Part shown: positions 1-9,174 of the stretch, one piece after another
Layout of the letters: the number at the start of each line of letters is the position of its first letter
Numbering within the stretch: the stretch's first letter is position 1
The notes under the pieces: model-generated
The model's input: only the letters and a program-made list of their open reading frames with translations
What the model was told of the DNA's origin: nothing
The model's database searches: none
Assembly: GCA_051748045.1 (NCBI GenBank)
Contig: JBNJGY010000015.1
Coordinates: forward strand, 1-36,370
Length of the DNA: 36,370 bases
Source of the DNA: Thermotogota bacterium
GTDB lineage: Bacteria > Thermotogota > Thermotogae > Petrotogales > Petrotogaceae
Reading direction: 5' to 3'
Translations under genes and position numbers: made by a program

Positions 1-19
1 GCTACGAAAGCCGAAGATA

Positions 20-49
20 ATACTACCACATTCTTGTACTTTTTGTCAA
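20..49 (-). promoter_or_regulatory. Strong sigma70-type promoter firing out of the window's left edge
   Basis: Minus strand reads TTGACA (49-44), an 18-bp spacer ending TGTGG, then TAGTAT (25-20); extended -10 TGn present. Confidence 0.7.
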
Positions 50-95
50 TGAACATATGGTAAATAAAAATACAAATAACTGTTAATCGATTTGT

Positions 96-1517
96 TTATG
101 CATTTATTATGAGTATAATAAGCAATATTGTAATTTGATAAATAATTGTATTATCAAATTTGTGCATAAAAGAAAGGTCAATATTTTTTTCATTTAAGAA
201 TTTATTTAGGTATTTATAGAAAACTCCTCCAAGAATCATTAATAAAATTTCTATAATGAATTCTTTTAGATGAAATGTTATATTTATAAAGGCAAAAAGA
301 ATGAAGGAAAAAGCTATTATATACATATACCAATGTTTAAAATTTATATCTTTATAAAATGATATATTTTTTATTAGTTTATAGATTAACGCCCCATAAA
401 AAAAGTACCCAATAAAAAGAATATTATGATTTATTATTAAATTATATTTAATTCCATTTATAACAGATGGGTATAACCCAGTTATTATAAATATGTTTAT
501 AAAAAATATTATATAGAGAGATAAAGGTATTTCTTTTATCTTTCTAATGTCTTTTTGTTTCGTTATTAACTTAATATCATCTGCGTTCATAAAAAGAAAA
601 CCTTTGATAAACATGTCCAACGCTAAAAAATAAATAAAATAATCTGTAAATTGTATTAGTACTATGAGCATATAGGCAGTAGTAATCATTGTTGAGAATG
701 CAAGAGTTTTTTTTAAATTATTTTCCAATATCATAAAAATACCACCCATTATTGAGCTAACATAAGCATAATTAATTAATAATTCTCTGTTTGAAACATT
801 TAATAATGGGATTATTAAAAAAATTATTCCTAAACCAAGTTTAACAATAACTCCAGATAAAATAGGAGATATTCCATATACAGCTTCACCATGAGCATTT
901 TCTAACCATCCGGAAATAAAAAAGAAGCCTGATTTTATTAGCAAACCAACAATTATAAACTCAAGCGCTAATTGAGATATTTCTCCTTGTTTGACAACAT
1001 AGTTAATATTTATACTTCCTGTATCTTTATATATTATTGCTACACCTATTAAATATATTTCAAAAGCAATTGAACTTAAAAACATGTATTTTAAAGAAGC
1101 CCATATTTTTTTTTCATCTCTATCTAGAGCCACTAATAAAAATATCAACATAGATATTAATTCAAGATGTACATATATGTTAAAAAAGTCTCTTGTTGTA
1201 AAAAAGCTATTTAATGCCCCATTAAGCATAAACCACAATAACAAATACATTTTTGTGTATTTTTTATATGACTTGAAAAACACAATCATAAAAAATACAT
1301 TCATAGAAATAAGTAAGACTTTTACCTGTGAAGTAAATTCAAGTTCTATTCCGTTAAAAATATTATTAGAAGACAAATATAAACTTTGTGATTCAGAAAA
1401 AATAAGAATTATAATCACAGAAATATAGGTTATTAAAGCATTAATTTTTTTATAATCCGGAAGTAAATATTGTATTATACCCATTGATAAAGGTATTAAC
1501 GACGCGAGTAAAAACAA
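96..1517 (-). CDS. mrpD: Mrp/Mbh-type Na+/H+ antiporter, MrpD/MbhH-like (NuoL/M/N family) subunit, copy 2
   Basis: Highly hydrophobic 473 aa; motifs FNIYVHLELIS (TM5 Glu), ASLKY, LIKSG, WLENAHGEA, LSGVIVKLG, LKKTLAFST; TTG start. Confidence 0.85.
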   Translation of the reverse strand: MFLLASLIPLSMGIIQYLLPDYKKINALITYISVIIILIFSESQSLYLSSNNIFNGIELEFTSQVKVLLISMNVFFMIVFFKSYKKYTKMYLLLWFMLNGALNSFFTTRDFFNIYVHLELISMLIFLLVALDRDEKKIWASLKYMFLSSIAFEIYLIGVAIIYKDTGSININYVVKQGEISQLALEFIIVGLLIKSGFFFISGWLENAHGEAVYGISPILSGVIVKLGLGIIFLIIPLLNVSNRELLINYAYVSSIMGGIFMILENNLKKTLAFSTMITTAYMLIVLIQFTDYFIYFLALDMFIKGFLFMNADDIKLITKQKDIRKIKEIPLSLYIIFFINIFIITGLYPSVINGIKYNLIINHNILFIGYFFYGALIYKLIKNISFYKDINFKHWYMYIIAFSFILFAFINITFHLKEFIIEILLMILGGVFYKYLNKFLNEKNIDLSFMHKFDNTIIYQITILLIILIINA

Positions 1518-1518
1518 C

Positions 1519-2949
1519 TTATATCATTCCTTTTAGTTCAAAAATCATTATTATTAATATAAATGCCAATATATATATTAGGTTATTACTAAAGTTAAAT
1601 ATATTAATTTCTCTAAAACTGATTTTATCTTTGAAAATTTTATATATTATTGCACCAACTATTAAAAAAACAAATCCTATTATTATTTCTTTTATTTCAA
1701 TAGCTTGAAAATAAAGATTAATAAAAATTAAAATAAAAACACTTGGGATTATAATATGATTGATTTTTTTATATTTTTCTTTGATATGGATATTATCCAT
1801 TATTTTTTCAAAAAATATCCCAACTAAAAATAATACAAAGTTTAAGAAAAAACCTAGTTCTATATTTTTCTTGATAATATACAAAATAGAAGGATATACT
1901 CCAGTTAAATTAAATATAAGTATAAAAAACACCAAATAAATATCATACCTTATTATCTTTCTTTTTAAATCATATAAAGTTATAATATTTTTTTCTGTAA
2001 ATAATTTATCTACAAAAATGAAAATAAGGCCTTTAGTAATCATATGATAAATGAAAAAATAGACAAAAACTTCTCTCGAGAATATGATAACTAGGAGTCC
2101 ATAGCTAACTTGAGACATTGTAGATATTGCAAATATCTTTTTTATGTTATGTTGAAATAATAAATAAATATAACTTAAAAAAAGAGTTGAAATTGCAAAT
2201 ATTAATAGAAAATCTATTGTACCTTGATTAAATGATGGAAATATTAAAAACAACATCCACAAACCCATTTTTTCTACTACTCCTGTTAAAATAGAGGATA
2301 CACCTGGAGTAGAATATGATTGAACGTCTATTACCCATCCTGCTAAGAAAAATACACCAGATTTAATTAGCAAACTACTAACTAAGAAAGTCTGAAAAAA
2401 TAAAGGTTTTTCAAAATTAAGGTTTTCAATTATATTTAGAGATCCCGTATTTGAATATAGAATAGCAATTGAAATTAAATATAAATTCAAAGCTATACTC
2501 GAAAAAATCATGTATTTTAATGAAGCCCATACCATTTTAACTTTTTTCTCATAAGCAACTAAAAGAAATAAGGACATAGAAATTAGTTCTAAACTGACAT
2601 AAATGTTAAAATAATCTCTACTTTGAAAAAAGTTTATAATTGCTCCATTTAAAATTAAAAAGATCATTAAAAAATATTTTTCTTTTTTTCTAAAAAATAT
2701 TGAATATGTCAAAAAAGATAAAACAAAGAAAAATAATAAAATTAATTTGTTGTTGTAGTCAAATGATAATTGAATACCTAAATTTCTACTAATATTATTT
2801 GGTACGAAACTTCCATATTTAGAAAAAAGTAAAATAATAAATCCACTTATATAAGTAGATTTAATTAATATACTTTTATGTTTATAGAAAAAATATAATA
2901 AAATAGATGAAGAAAAAAATATTAAAGTTGGAATAAAAAATAAATTCAT
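1519..2949 (-). CDS. mrpD: Mrp/Mbh-type Na+/H+ antiporter, MrpD/MbhH-like subunit, copy 1
   Basis: Hydrophobic 476 aa; DYFNIYVSLELIS, ASLKY, LIKSG, VVEKMG, IKKIFAISTMSQ, YHMITKG. Confidence 0.85.
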   Translation of the reverse strand: MNLFFIPTLIFFSSSILLYFFYKHKSILIKSTYISGFIILLFSKYGSFVPNNISRNLGIQLSFDYNNKLILLFFFVLSFLTYSIFFRKKEKYFLMIFLILNGAIINFFQSRDYFNIYVSLELISMSLFLLVAYEKKVKMVWASLKYMIFSSIALNLYLISIAILYSNTGSLNIIENLNFEKPLFFQTFLVSSLLIKSGVFFLAGWVIDVQSYSTPGVSSILTGVVEKMGLWMLFLIFPSFNQGTIDFLLIFAISTLFLSYIYLLFQHNIKKIFAISTMSQVSYGLLVIIFSREVFVYFFIYHMITKGLIFIFVDKLFTEKNIITLYDLKRKIIRYDIYLVFFILIFNLTGVYPSILYIIKKNIELGFFLNFVLFLVGIFFEKIMDNIHIKEKYKKINHIIIPSVFILIFINLYFQAIEIKEIIIGFVFLIVGAIIYKIFKDKISFREINIFNFSNNLIYILAFILIIMIFELKGMI

Positions 2950-3275
2950 TTTATCTTTTTTTCAATTTCATCTATTTGGTAAGTTTTTATTTTACTTGAT
3001 AAAATCATAACAAATACAAGCATTAAAGATAAGTTCGCAAATCCTATTACTATTACAGTTAGTAAAAAAGAATGAATTAAAGGATCAGAATAAGATTCAA
3101 TTCCTGGGGTTATTATCGGAGAATGTCCATTATAAGAAATAGCGATAAATAGTAACACAACTCCTGATTGTATAGTTCCCAAATTCAGTAATTTTAATAT
3201 CATATCTTTTTGGTTAATAACTCCAAACAACCCTATTATAAAAACTAAGAATGAAAGTATTTGATATAAATTCAT
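2946..3275 (-). CDS. mrpC: Antiporter subunit MrpC/MbhG (NuoK-like)
   Basis: 109 aa, 3 TM, DPLIHSFLLTVIVIG resembles the MrpC DPLPQALILTAIVI motif. Confidence 0.88.
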   Translation of the reverse strand: MNLYQILSFLVFIIGLFGVINQKDMILKLLNLGTIQSGVVLLFIAISYNGHSPIITPGIESYSDPLIHSFLLTVIVIGFANLSLMLVFVMILSSKIKTYQIDEIEKKIK

Positions 3276-3958
3276 AATAACCCCCTATGTTTAATAAATT
3301 TATATAGAATTGTCCATGTTCCAGCAAAAACTTCAAAACCTATTATAAAATTAATTAATACAGCTGAACCTCCACTTAATAATTCACCTAATTCTCCTGT
3401 AAAAGGAAAATTAGCAAAATATGTATCTCCCCAAACCATACCTAATACACCGTATATAATTATAAGTAAAGGAGATAGTATTTTGAATTTTTCGATTTTA
3501 GATCTTTTAAAAATCCCTTCAATTTCATCCATAGGTTTTACAAAAGAAACTCCAATTAGTCCAGTCCCTAAAATAACTCCAGCAGCAAATCCCCCACCTG
3601 GACCCAAATGTCCTGTTAATGCTATATATAAGGATATAAGAACAATTATTTGAAATAATATAGGAGTCATAATTTGAATAACTGGAGATTGTAAAATAGT
3701 GTCTTTCCCTTTATATTCTGGGAGTTTTTCCATATAGAATGATACTCCTATAATTGCAATAGTGAAAACTAGTACCTCAAAAAAAGTATCAAATAATCTA
3801 AAATCTAAGACTATTGATGATACCATATTTTGAGAGCCATTCTCTCTTATTATTAATTCTGGAGTAAACGTAGAAGTTGCTTCACCTATATTAACATTAA
3901 AAATAAATATAAAAAATATTGAAGATAATAGAATAATTGATATAATAGTTTTTATCAT
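3272..3958 (-). CDS. mrpB: Antiporter subunit MrpB/MnhB (MbhE+MbhF-like)
   Basis: NMVSSIVLDFRLFDTFFE and GHLGPGGGFAAG motifs. Confidence 0.9.
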   Translation of the reverse strand: MIKTIISIILLSSIFFIFIFNVNIGEATSTFTPELIIRENGSQNMVSSIVLDFRLFDTFFEVLVFTIAIIGVSFYMEKLPEYKGKDTILQSPVIQIMTPILFQIIVLISLYIALTGHLGPGGGFAAGVILGTGLIGVSFVKPMDEIEGIFKRSKIEKFKILSPLLIIIYGVLGMVWGDTYFANFPFTGELGELLSGGSAVLINFIIGFEVFAGTWTILYKFIKHRGLL

Positions 3959-4728
3959 CCTATATACCTCCTTATTAATTCTTCATATTTATCTTTATCA
4001 TTTTTAAATTCTTCTATAAATTCATTGAATTCCTGCTTTAAAAAATTATTATTTGAATTGAAAAGAATTTTATAACCTGTAGTTTTTAGTTCTTCCACTT
4101 TGTTGTTATCAAATGTTTTTCCTAAGTATAACAGGTATTTATATCTTATAAGATCAATAATAAAGTTATCATCAAATTCATTTAAGTTATATTTTGTTTC
4201 TAGTTCTTCTTCAAAATATCCATATGCAGTTTTATCTGGTTTGCCTACCATAAATATTTTGGTCGGTAAAAATTCATCTGAGGTCAAAATATCATCATCG
4301 TTTATTTTAGTATGTCCACCTATCAAAATATCACCATTTTTTTCTAATTTTTGAAAAGCATTATCTTCTTTGACCTCTATATATTCAACTTCTAAACCTT
4401 TTGATTCTATAAACTCATTGAGTAAGGCGTACTCAAATCCAATAATTTTATTTTCCCTTTTTTCTATCATATAGGGAGTGAGAACATAATATACTCTAAC
4501 TTTACCTACTTTTTTAATAGCAATTAGATATATAAAAAATATAAACGCAGCTCCAACTGTTATTTCAACTATAGCAACATCGGGAGCATTTAATATAAAA
4601 AAAACAGCAGATAATGCTGCTCCGAACATCCCGTATGCTAAAAGGGCGTTTATATGATTTTTTACTAATGATATATATAAAGCAAGTATAACTATAACAG
4701 CAATCATAAAATAATTAAAGATAATCAT
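3955..4728 (-). CDS. DUF4040/MbhD-like antiporter subunit fused to a C-terminal solute-binding-protein (family 3)-like domain
   Basis: N-terminal ~72 aa: 3 TM with APDVAIVEITVG; remaining ~180 aa soluble with IGFEYALL...GLEVEYI...DILIGG and C-terminal LKQEFNEFIEE...YEELIRRY. Confidence 0.8.
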   Translation of the reverse strand: MIIFNYFMIAVIVILALYISLVKNHINALLAYGMFGAALSAVFFILNAPDVAIVEITVGAAFIFFIYLIAIKKVGKVRVYYVLTPYMIEKRENKIIGFEYALLNEFIESKGLEVEYIEVKEDNAFQKLEKNGDILIGGHTKINDDDILTSDEFLPTKIFMVGKPDKTAYGYFEEELETKYNLNEFDDNFIIDLIRYKYLLYLGKTFDNNKVEELKTTGYKILFNSNNNFLKQEFNEFIEEFKNDKDKYEELIRRYIG

Positions 4729-5009
4729 TTTTTATTTCCACCTACTTTTATATCACTACGAGAAGCCCCCCAAGCTAAAATATGGGAGATAACTGGTTCT
4801 ATTATAATTATTAACAGTGCTATTAACACTAATTTTGCAATATTATCTGGATTCTTAATCATAAATGAAAGTAGTATAGTAAATATACCAATAGTATCAG
4901 CAATACCTGATGCTTGAACTCTAGAATAAAAATCCTTCATAGTTAACATACCTATACTTCCAACCATAAAGAAAAAGATTCCAATATAGAATAAAATATC
5001 TCCAATCAT
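4725..5009 (-). CDS. mrpG: Antiporter subunit MrpG/MbhC
   Basis: 94 aa, GSIGML..KDFYSRVQA...DT.G and PVISHILA motifs. Confidence 0.88.
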   Translation of the reverse strand: MIGDILFYIGIFFFMVGSIGMLTMKDFYSRVQASGIADTIGIFTILLSFMIKNPDNIAKLVLIALLIIIIEPVISHILAWGASRSDIKVGGNKK

Positions 5010-5278
5010 TTTTTTATCTTACCTTTCTCTAAAAATTTAGTAGCTATTAATACTCCCCATACATTTAATAATGCAAATATTATTATCATATCCATCAAAA
5101 AATATTGTTCTGTTTGAAATATGTATAATAACATAATAATTGTAATTTTTGAAGAGAATGAAGTATACGCTAATAACCTCTCCCATTGATTAGGGCCTAT
5201 AAATAGTTTTATCAACGTTAAGGCAAAAGGAATTATAATCAAAACTTGATTCAAATTATAATTATTCAAATAAATCAC
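5006..5278 (-). CDS. mrpF: Antiporter subunit MrpF/MbhB
   Basis: GPNQWERLLA (cf. GPTxxDRvvA), 3 TM, ends ATKFLEKG; start may be the TTG at 5269. Confidence 0.8.
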   Translation of the reverse strand: MIYLNNYNLNQVLIIIPFALTLIKLFIGPNQWERLLAYTSFSSKITIIMLLYIFQTEQYFLMDMIIIFALLNVWGVLIATKFLEKGKIKK

Positions 5279-5687
5279 CTTCCCATACTCCTTCTGATGA
5301 ATGAGCTTTTTCCGGAGTATCTTCGACTCTGTGTATTATTAAATTAGATTCATCAACATCAACAAAAAGTGTTTTTGGAGTAAGCGTTATACAATCTGCG
5401 ATAGCTACCTTTTCTACTTCTGTTCTATCTTTTAAATTTATAAAAGTTAATCCAGAATAGTGTTTTTTAAATATTAAAGGGATAAATTGAAATGTAGTTT
5501 TATACATATTTAAAATAGTACCAATGGTAGAAATTAAAATTTCTACCATTCCTTTTATTTTTCTTTCGAAAAATATTCCAGTTATTAAATTAGAGATTAT
5601 CACAAAAAATAATCCTATTGCTATTGAAAAATCAGAAAAATCTCCTATTAATATCATCCAAAGGAAAAATAAAAAAATATAAATCAT
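5262..5687 (-). CDS. mrpE: Antiporter subunit MrpE/MbhA
   Basis: N-terminal FLWMIL helix; IADCITLTPKTL..D.....L.IH (cf. ANsITLTPGT..vD....LyvH). Confidence 0.85.
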   Translation of the reverse strand: MIYIFLFFLWMILIGDFSDFSIAIGLFFVIISNLITGIFFERKIKGMVEILISTIGTILNMYKTTFQFIPLIFKKHYSGLTFINLKDRTEVEKVAIADCITLTPKTLFVDVDESNLIIHRVEDTPEKAHSSEGVWEGDLFE

Positions 5688-6649
5688 TATTTTTCCAAAG
5701 CCTCATTTATTTTTTGAACTGTTATTTTTTTTAGTTCTTCAAGTGGTTTGCTTGATGAAAAACCTGCAGCTCTTGGATGTCCCCCACCGCCCATTTCAAA
5801 AGCGATTTTAGACACATCAAACCATTCTTTTGATCTCATAGAAACATGAAAAACTCCTTTTTCATGTTCATTGAACATAACAGCAATTTCTACTCCCTTT
5901 AAGGATCTTAAGTCACCAACAAAAGGAGGTATGTTTTTTGGCAATATATCATATTTTTCAATCATTTCTAAAGTCACATGAGAAATCGCTAATCTTTTAT
6001 CATTATAAAACTCTAATTGATTTACAACATCTTTTAGAAGCAAAAGATTTTCTATAGGTTTGTTTTCAAGTACAGAATTTGTTATTTTACTCAACTCAGC
6101 ACCTTTTTCAATTAAATCAGCTGCGTCTCTAAAAACTTTTGTGTCAGTATTTGAATATCTAAAAAAACCTGTGTCTGTTGCTATACCAGTCAAATTCATA
6201 GTAGCCAAATCTTTATTGTATTTAACATTCAAGTTTTCTAAAATCTCTTTTACCATTTGAGCAGTTGACGCATAGTTTGAATCAACCCAATTAATATGGC
6301 CAAATTGTGTGTTTGTGGCATGATGATCAACAACAACAACTCTTCTAAAATCAAATAATTCTTGTACTCTTCCTACTCTATCAGGAGAAGAAGCATCAAC
6401 AATAATTATTAAATCTGAAGGGTTTTCTTTTGCACAATCAAAATTTCTAATAAATTGTTTAACAAATTTGAATTCCTCTAAATATTCAGGTATTTCATCA
6501 TCTATTATTCCAACAACTTTTTTACCATGCATTGTCAACCCAAGCACTAATGAAGCTACAGAACTTATGTCATCTCCATCAGGCATTATGTGTCCAGCAA
6601 TCATTATAGTTTCAGCTTTATTTATCTCGTCGATTATCTTATTTATCAT
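5687..6649 (-). CDS. nrnA: DHH/DHHA1 phosphoesterase (NrnA-like nanoRNase / linear dinucleotide phosphodiesterase)
   Basis: GHIMPDGD, IVD, VVDHH, GIATDTGFF, SMRS, GGGGHPRAAG. Confidence 0.9.
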   Translation of the reverse strand: MINKIIDEINKAETIMIAGHIMPDGDDISSVASLVLGLTMHGKKVVGIIDDEIPEYLEEFKFVKQFIRNFDCAKENPSDLIIIVDASSPDRVGRVQELFDFRRVVVVDHHATNTQFGHINWVDSNYASTAQMVKEILENLNVKYNKDLATMNLTGIATDTGFFRYSNTDTKVFRDAADLIEKGAELSKITNSVLENKPIENLLLLKDVVNQLEFYNDKRLAISHVTLEMIEKYDILPKNIPPFVGDLRSLKGVEIAVMFNEHEKGVFHVSMRSKEWFDVSKIAFEMGGGGHPRAAGFSSSKPLEELKKITVQKINEALEK

Positions 6650-6661
6650 TATATACCTCCA

Positions 6662-7474
6662 TCAAAACATTTTTAGGGCAGTTTTAACTACTTTTTCAAA
6701 AGTAGGTTTTATTTGATCAGCGACTTTAACAACGTCTTCATGATTTAAAGGCTCTGGTAAAATTCCCGCTGCCATATTTGTACAAGCAGAAAAAGATACA
6801 ACTCTTATATCTGCATGGTTCGCAGCAATAACTTCAGGCATAGTTGACATACCTACTAAATCCGCTTGAAATTTCTCTACCATTTTAATTTCTGCAGGGG
6901 TTTCATATGTTGGGCCTAAAAACCATGCGTAAGTACCTTTTTTAATTGTAATTTTATTATTCGCTGTTTGTTCTATTATAGAATTTAGCCATTTTTTGTC
7001 AATTGGATTTGCCATAGGAACAAATCTAGGGCCAAGGGCTTCATAATTTGGTCCGATAAGAGGATTTTTCATGGAAAAATTAATAAAGTCTGTATTGGCT
7101 ACTATATCTCCTGGTTCATATGTCCTGTTTAAACCACCTGCTGCGTTTGTTAAAATAAGCCCTTTTACGCCTAGCTCTTTCATAATATAAATAGGAAATG
7201 TTATCTTTTTCATATTTAAACCTTCATAAGCATGAAATCTTCCTTTTAAAGCTATTACAGGAATTCCTTCTAAATGTCCTATAACAATCTTCCCTTCATG
7301 ACCTTTAACTGTTGAGCTTGGGAAGAAAGGAATATCTTCATATTTTAGTTCTTTAGAATTTTCAATTTTATCTGCTAAATATCCCAACCCTGATCCCAAA
7401 ATCATACCTATTATAGGTTTCTCATCAATATTTTCTTTGATATAATCTGCTGCCTTTTTAACTTTAGATAACAT
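6662..7474 (-). CDS. punA: Purine nucleoside phosphorylase (trimeric PNP family)
   Basis: ILGSGLG, STVKGH, GRFHAYEG, LTNAAGG, GPTYETPAE, VGMST.PE, TNMAAG. Confidence 0.93.
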   Translation of the reverse strand: MLSKVKKAADYIKENIDEKPIIGMILGSGLGYLADKIENSKELKYEDIPFFPSSTVKGHEGKIVIGHLEGIPVIALKGRFHAYEGLNMKKITFPIYIMKELGVKGLILTNAAGGLNRTYEPGDIVANTDFINFSMKNPLIGPNYEALGPRFVPMANPIDKKWLNSIIEQTANNKITIKKGTYAWFLGPTYETPAEIKMVEKFQADLVGMSTMPEVIAANHADIRVVSFSACTNMAAGILPEPLNHEDVVKVADQIKPTFEKVVKTALKMF

Positions 7475-7485
7475 CTTTAATCCTC

Positions 7486-8145
7486 CTATTCTACTATAAT
7501 GTATTTTGCATCTTCTTTATCTATCAAAATTGTTTTTCCATTTGTATAAAGTTCTATATATTTATCTTTTTTCTTATTCAAAGTTACATTGATTCCTGGA
7601 TATATACCTAATTTTAATAATTGTTTTTTCTTTTCATCATCTCCGGACACATTGATTATGCTTATTTCTTCACCTTCATCTACTTCTTCAAGAGTAGTTC
7701 TAAAAACATGTGGCATCTCGTTTGAATATTTAGTAATAAATTTTCTCATCTTTGAATACTCAATGGGATTTCTTTTTATAAATAAGATCATAGCTTCTAA
7801 AGATGTAAAAAAATCTTTTGTCATATGATGCTCTATTCCGCAGGATAGATTATAAGCTTCTTCTTTTGATAAATTTAATATATTTACAAAAAAATCTATC
7901 AATGTTATATATTTTCTATAAACTCTTTCCCCATATGCCAAACCTTTTTCATTCAAGTCAATATAACCATATTTTTCATGGGTAATCATACCTGATTTTT
8001 CAAGTCTTTTTATTGCTTCAACTGTTGAAGCATTTCTAACGTTCAACATCTTAGAAATATCTTTTATTCTTGGTATTTTCCCATCAATATGTAAAATGTA
8101 TATTGCTCTTAAATAATTCTCTAAGCTCTCTGATATATTTTTCAA
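7486..8145 (-). CDS. DtxR/MntR-family metal-dependent repressor with C-terminal FeoA/SH3-like domain
   Basis: SLENYLRAIY wHTH start, CGIEHH metal site, C-terminal LLKLGIYPG FeoA motif; TTG start with RBS. Confidence 0.88.
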   Translation of the reverse strand: MKNISESLENYLRAIYILHIDGKIPRIKDISKMLNVRNASTVEAIKRLEKSGMITHEKYGYIDLNEKGLAYGERVYRKYITLIDFFVNILNLSKEEAYNLSCGIEHHMTKDFFTSLEAMILFIKRNPIEYSKMRKFITKYSNEMPHVFRTTLEEVDEGEEISIINVSGDDEKKKQLLKLGIYPGINVTLNKKKDKYIELYTNGKTILIDKEDAKYIIVE

Positions 8146-8157
8146 ATTAATTACCCC

Positions 8158-9174
8158 TTACAATACTTTTAGGATATAACTTTTTTCTTTTGCAAGATCA
8201 ACTATTTCATTTCCAATTTGTAATAATGGTTGTAACTCATTTTGCATTTTACTAGCGATTACTGTAGCTACTCTATAATCATTTAGAAGTATTTTTGTTC
8301 CTGGTGGATAAATTCCAAAGACTTTAACAAAAGCAGAAACACATTCAGGATCAAACATTTTATTTGAATTTTGAATGATATGAGATACAGCTTTATAATT
8401 ATTCCAACAATTTTTATAACTTCTTTTTGAAGTAAGAGCATCATAAACATCAGATATTGCTATAATTCTACCAAATAGAGGAATTCCATTTTCTTTTAAT
8501 CCATTTAAATATCCTCTTCCATCATACCTTTCATGATGATATAAAATTCCAGATAATATATCTTCATTGTTAATACCATGAGCCGTACATAATTCTTCTC
8601 CATATTTTACATGATTTTTCATATGTTCAAATTCTTCTCTTGTGAGTCCTCTTGGAGCATTTATTAAATTTATATCTACTTTGGATTTTCCAACATCATG
8701 TAATAAAGCAGATAAAGATAACTTTTTCACCATAAAATCATCAAAATCAAGAGCCTTACCTATTAAAGTAGCAACAATTGAAACATTCAAAGAATGCGAA
8801 TAAGTATACTCATCAAAATTTTGAAGTTTTTTAAGAGGGATGTAAATAACTTCATCAAAGTTATCAATAATTGATTCTGCTATGTTTTCTGAAACATCTA
8901 TAAATTCCTCTTTATCAAATTTTTCTTTCTTATAAAGAGTCTCCCAAAATTCTTTAATTTTTGTATATGACTTTTCTACAAGCTCATTTCTTAAAACAGC
9001 GTGTTCAGAAGCATTATTTTTTATAACAGGTATAACAAAAATACCTTTTTTTAAAAGGTTTTCTTTTATTCTTTCTGTTATAATTACTCCTTTTGCTAGT
9101 TTTAATTCGGGTATATTAGCATTTAAAATGTAATCCCATGGCTTTATCTTATCTACAGATACAAAAAGATTCAA
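8158..9174 (-). CDS. HD-GYP domain phosphodiesterase (likely active)
   Basis: YTYSHSLNV, LLHDVGK, HHERYDGRGYL, DVYDALTSKRSYK, FDP, GIYPPG. Confidence 0.9.
   Translation of the reverse strand: MNLFVSVDKIKPWDYILNANIPELKLAKGVIITERIKENLLKKGIFVIPVIKNNASEHAVLRNELVEKSYTKIKEFWETLYKKEKFDKEEFIDVSENIAESIIDNFDEVIYIPLKKLQNFDEYTYSHSLNVSIVATLIGKALDFDDFMVKKLSLSALLHDVGKSKVDINLINAPRGLTREEFEHMKNHVKYGEELCTAHGINNEDILSGILYHHERYDGRGYLNGLKENGIPLFGRIIAISDVYDALTSKRSYKNCWNNYKAVSHIIQNSNKMFDPECVSAFVKVFGIYPPGTKILLNDYRVATVIASKMQNELQPLLQIGNEIVDLAKEKSYILKVL

Noticed and set aside
96-2949. Horizontally acquired island suggested by extreme AT content
   Set aside because: Explained by Ile/Phe/Leu-rich membrane proteins in an AT-rich genome; contiguous with the core operon and no mobility signatures
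96-5687. Membrane-bound hydrogenase (Mbh/Mbx) or complex I operon
   Set aside because: No NiFe large/small subunit, NuoH-like or ferredoxin-like genes in the cluster; only antiporter-module subunits
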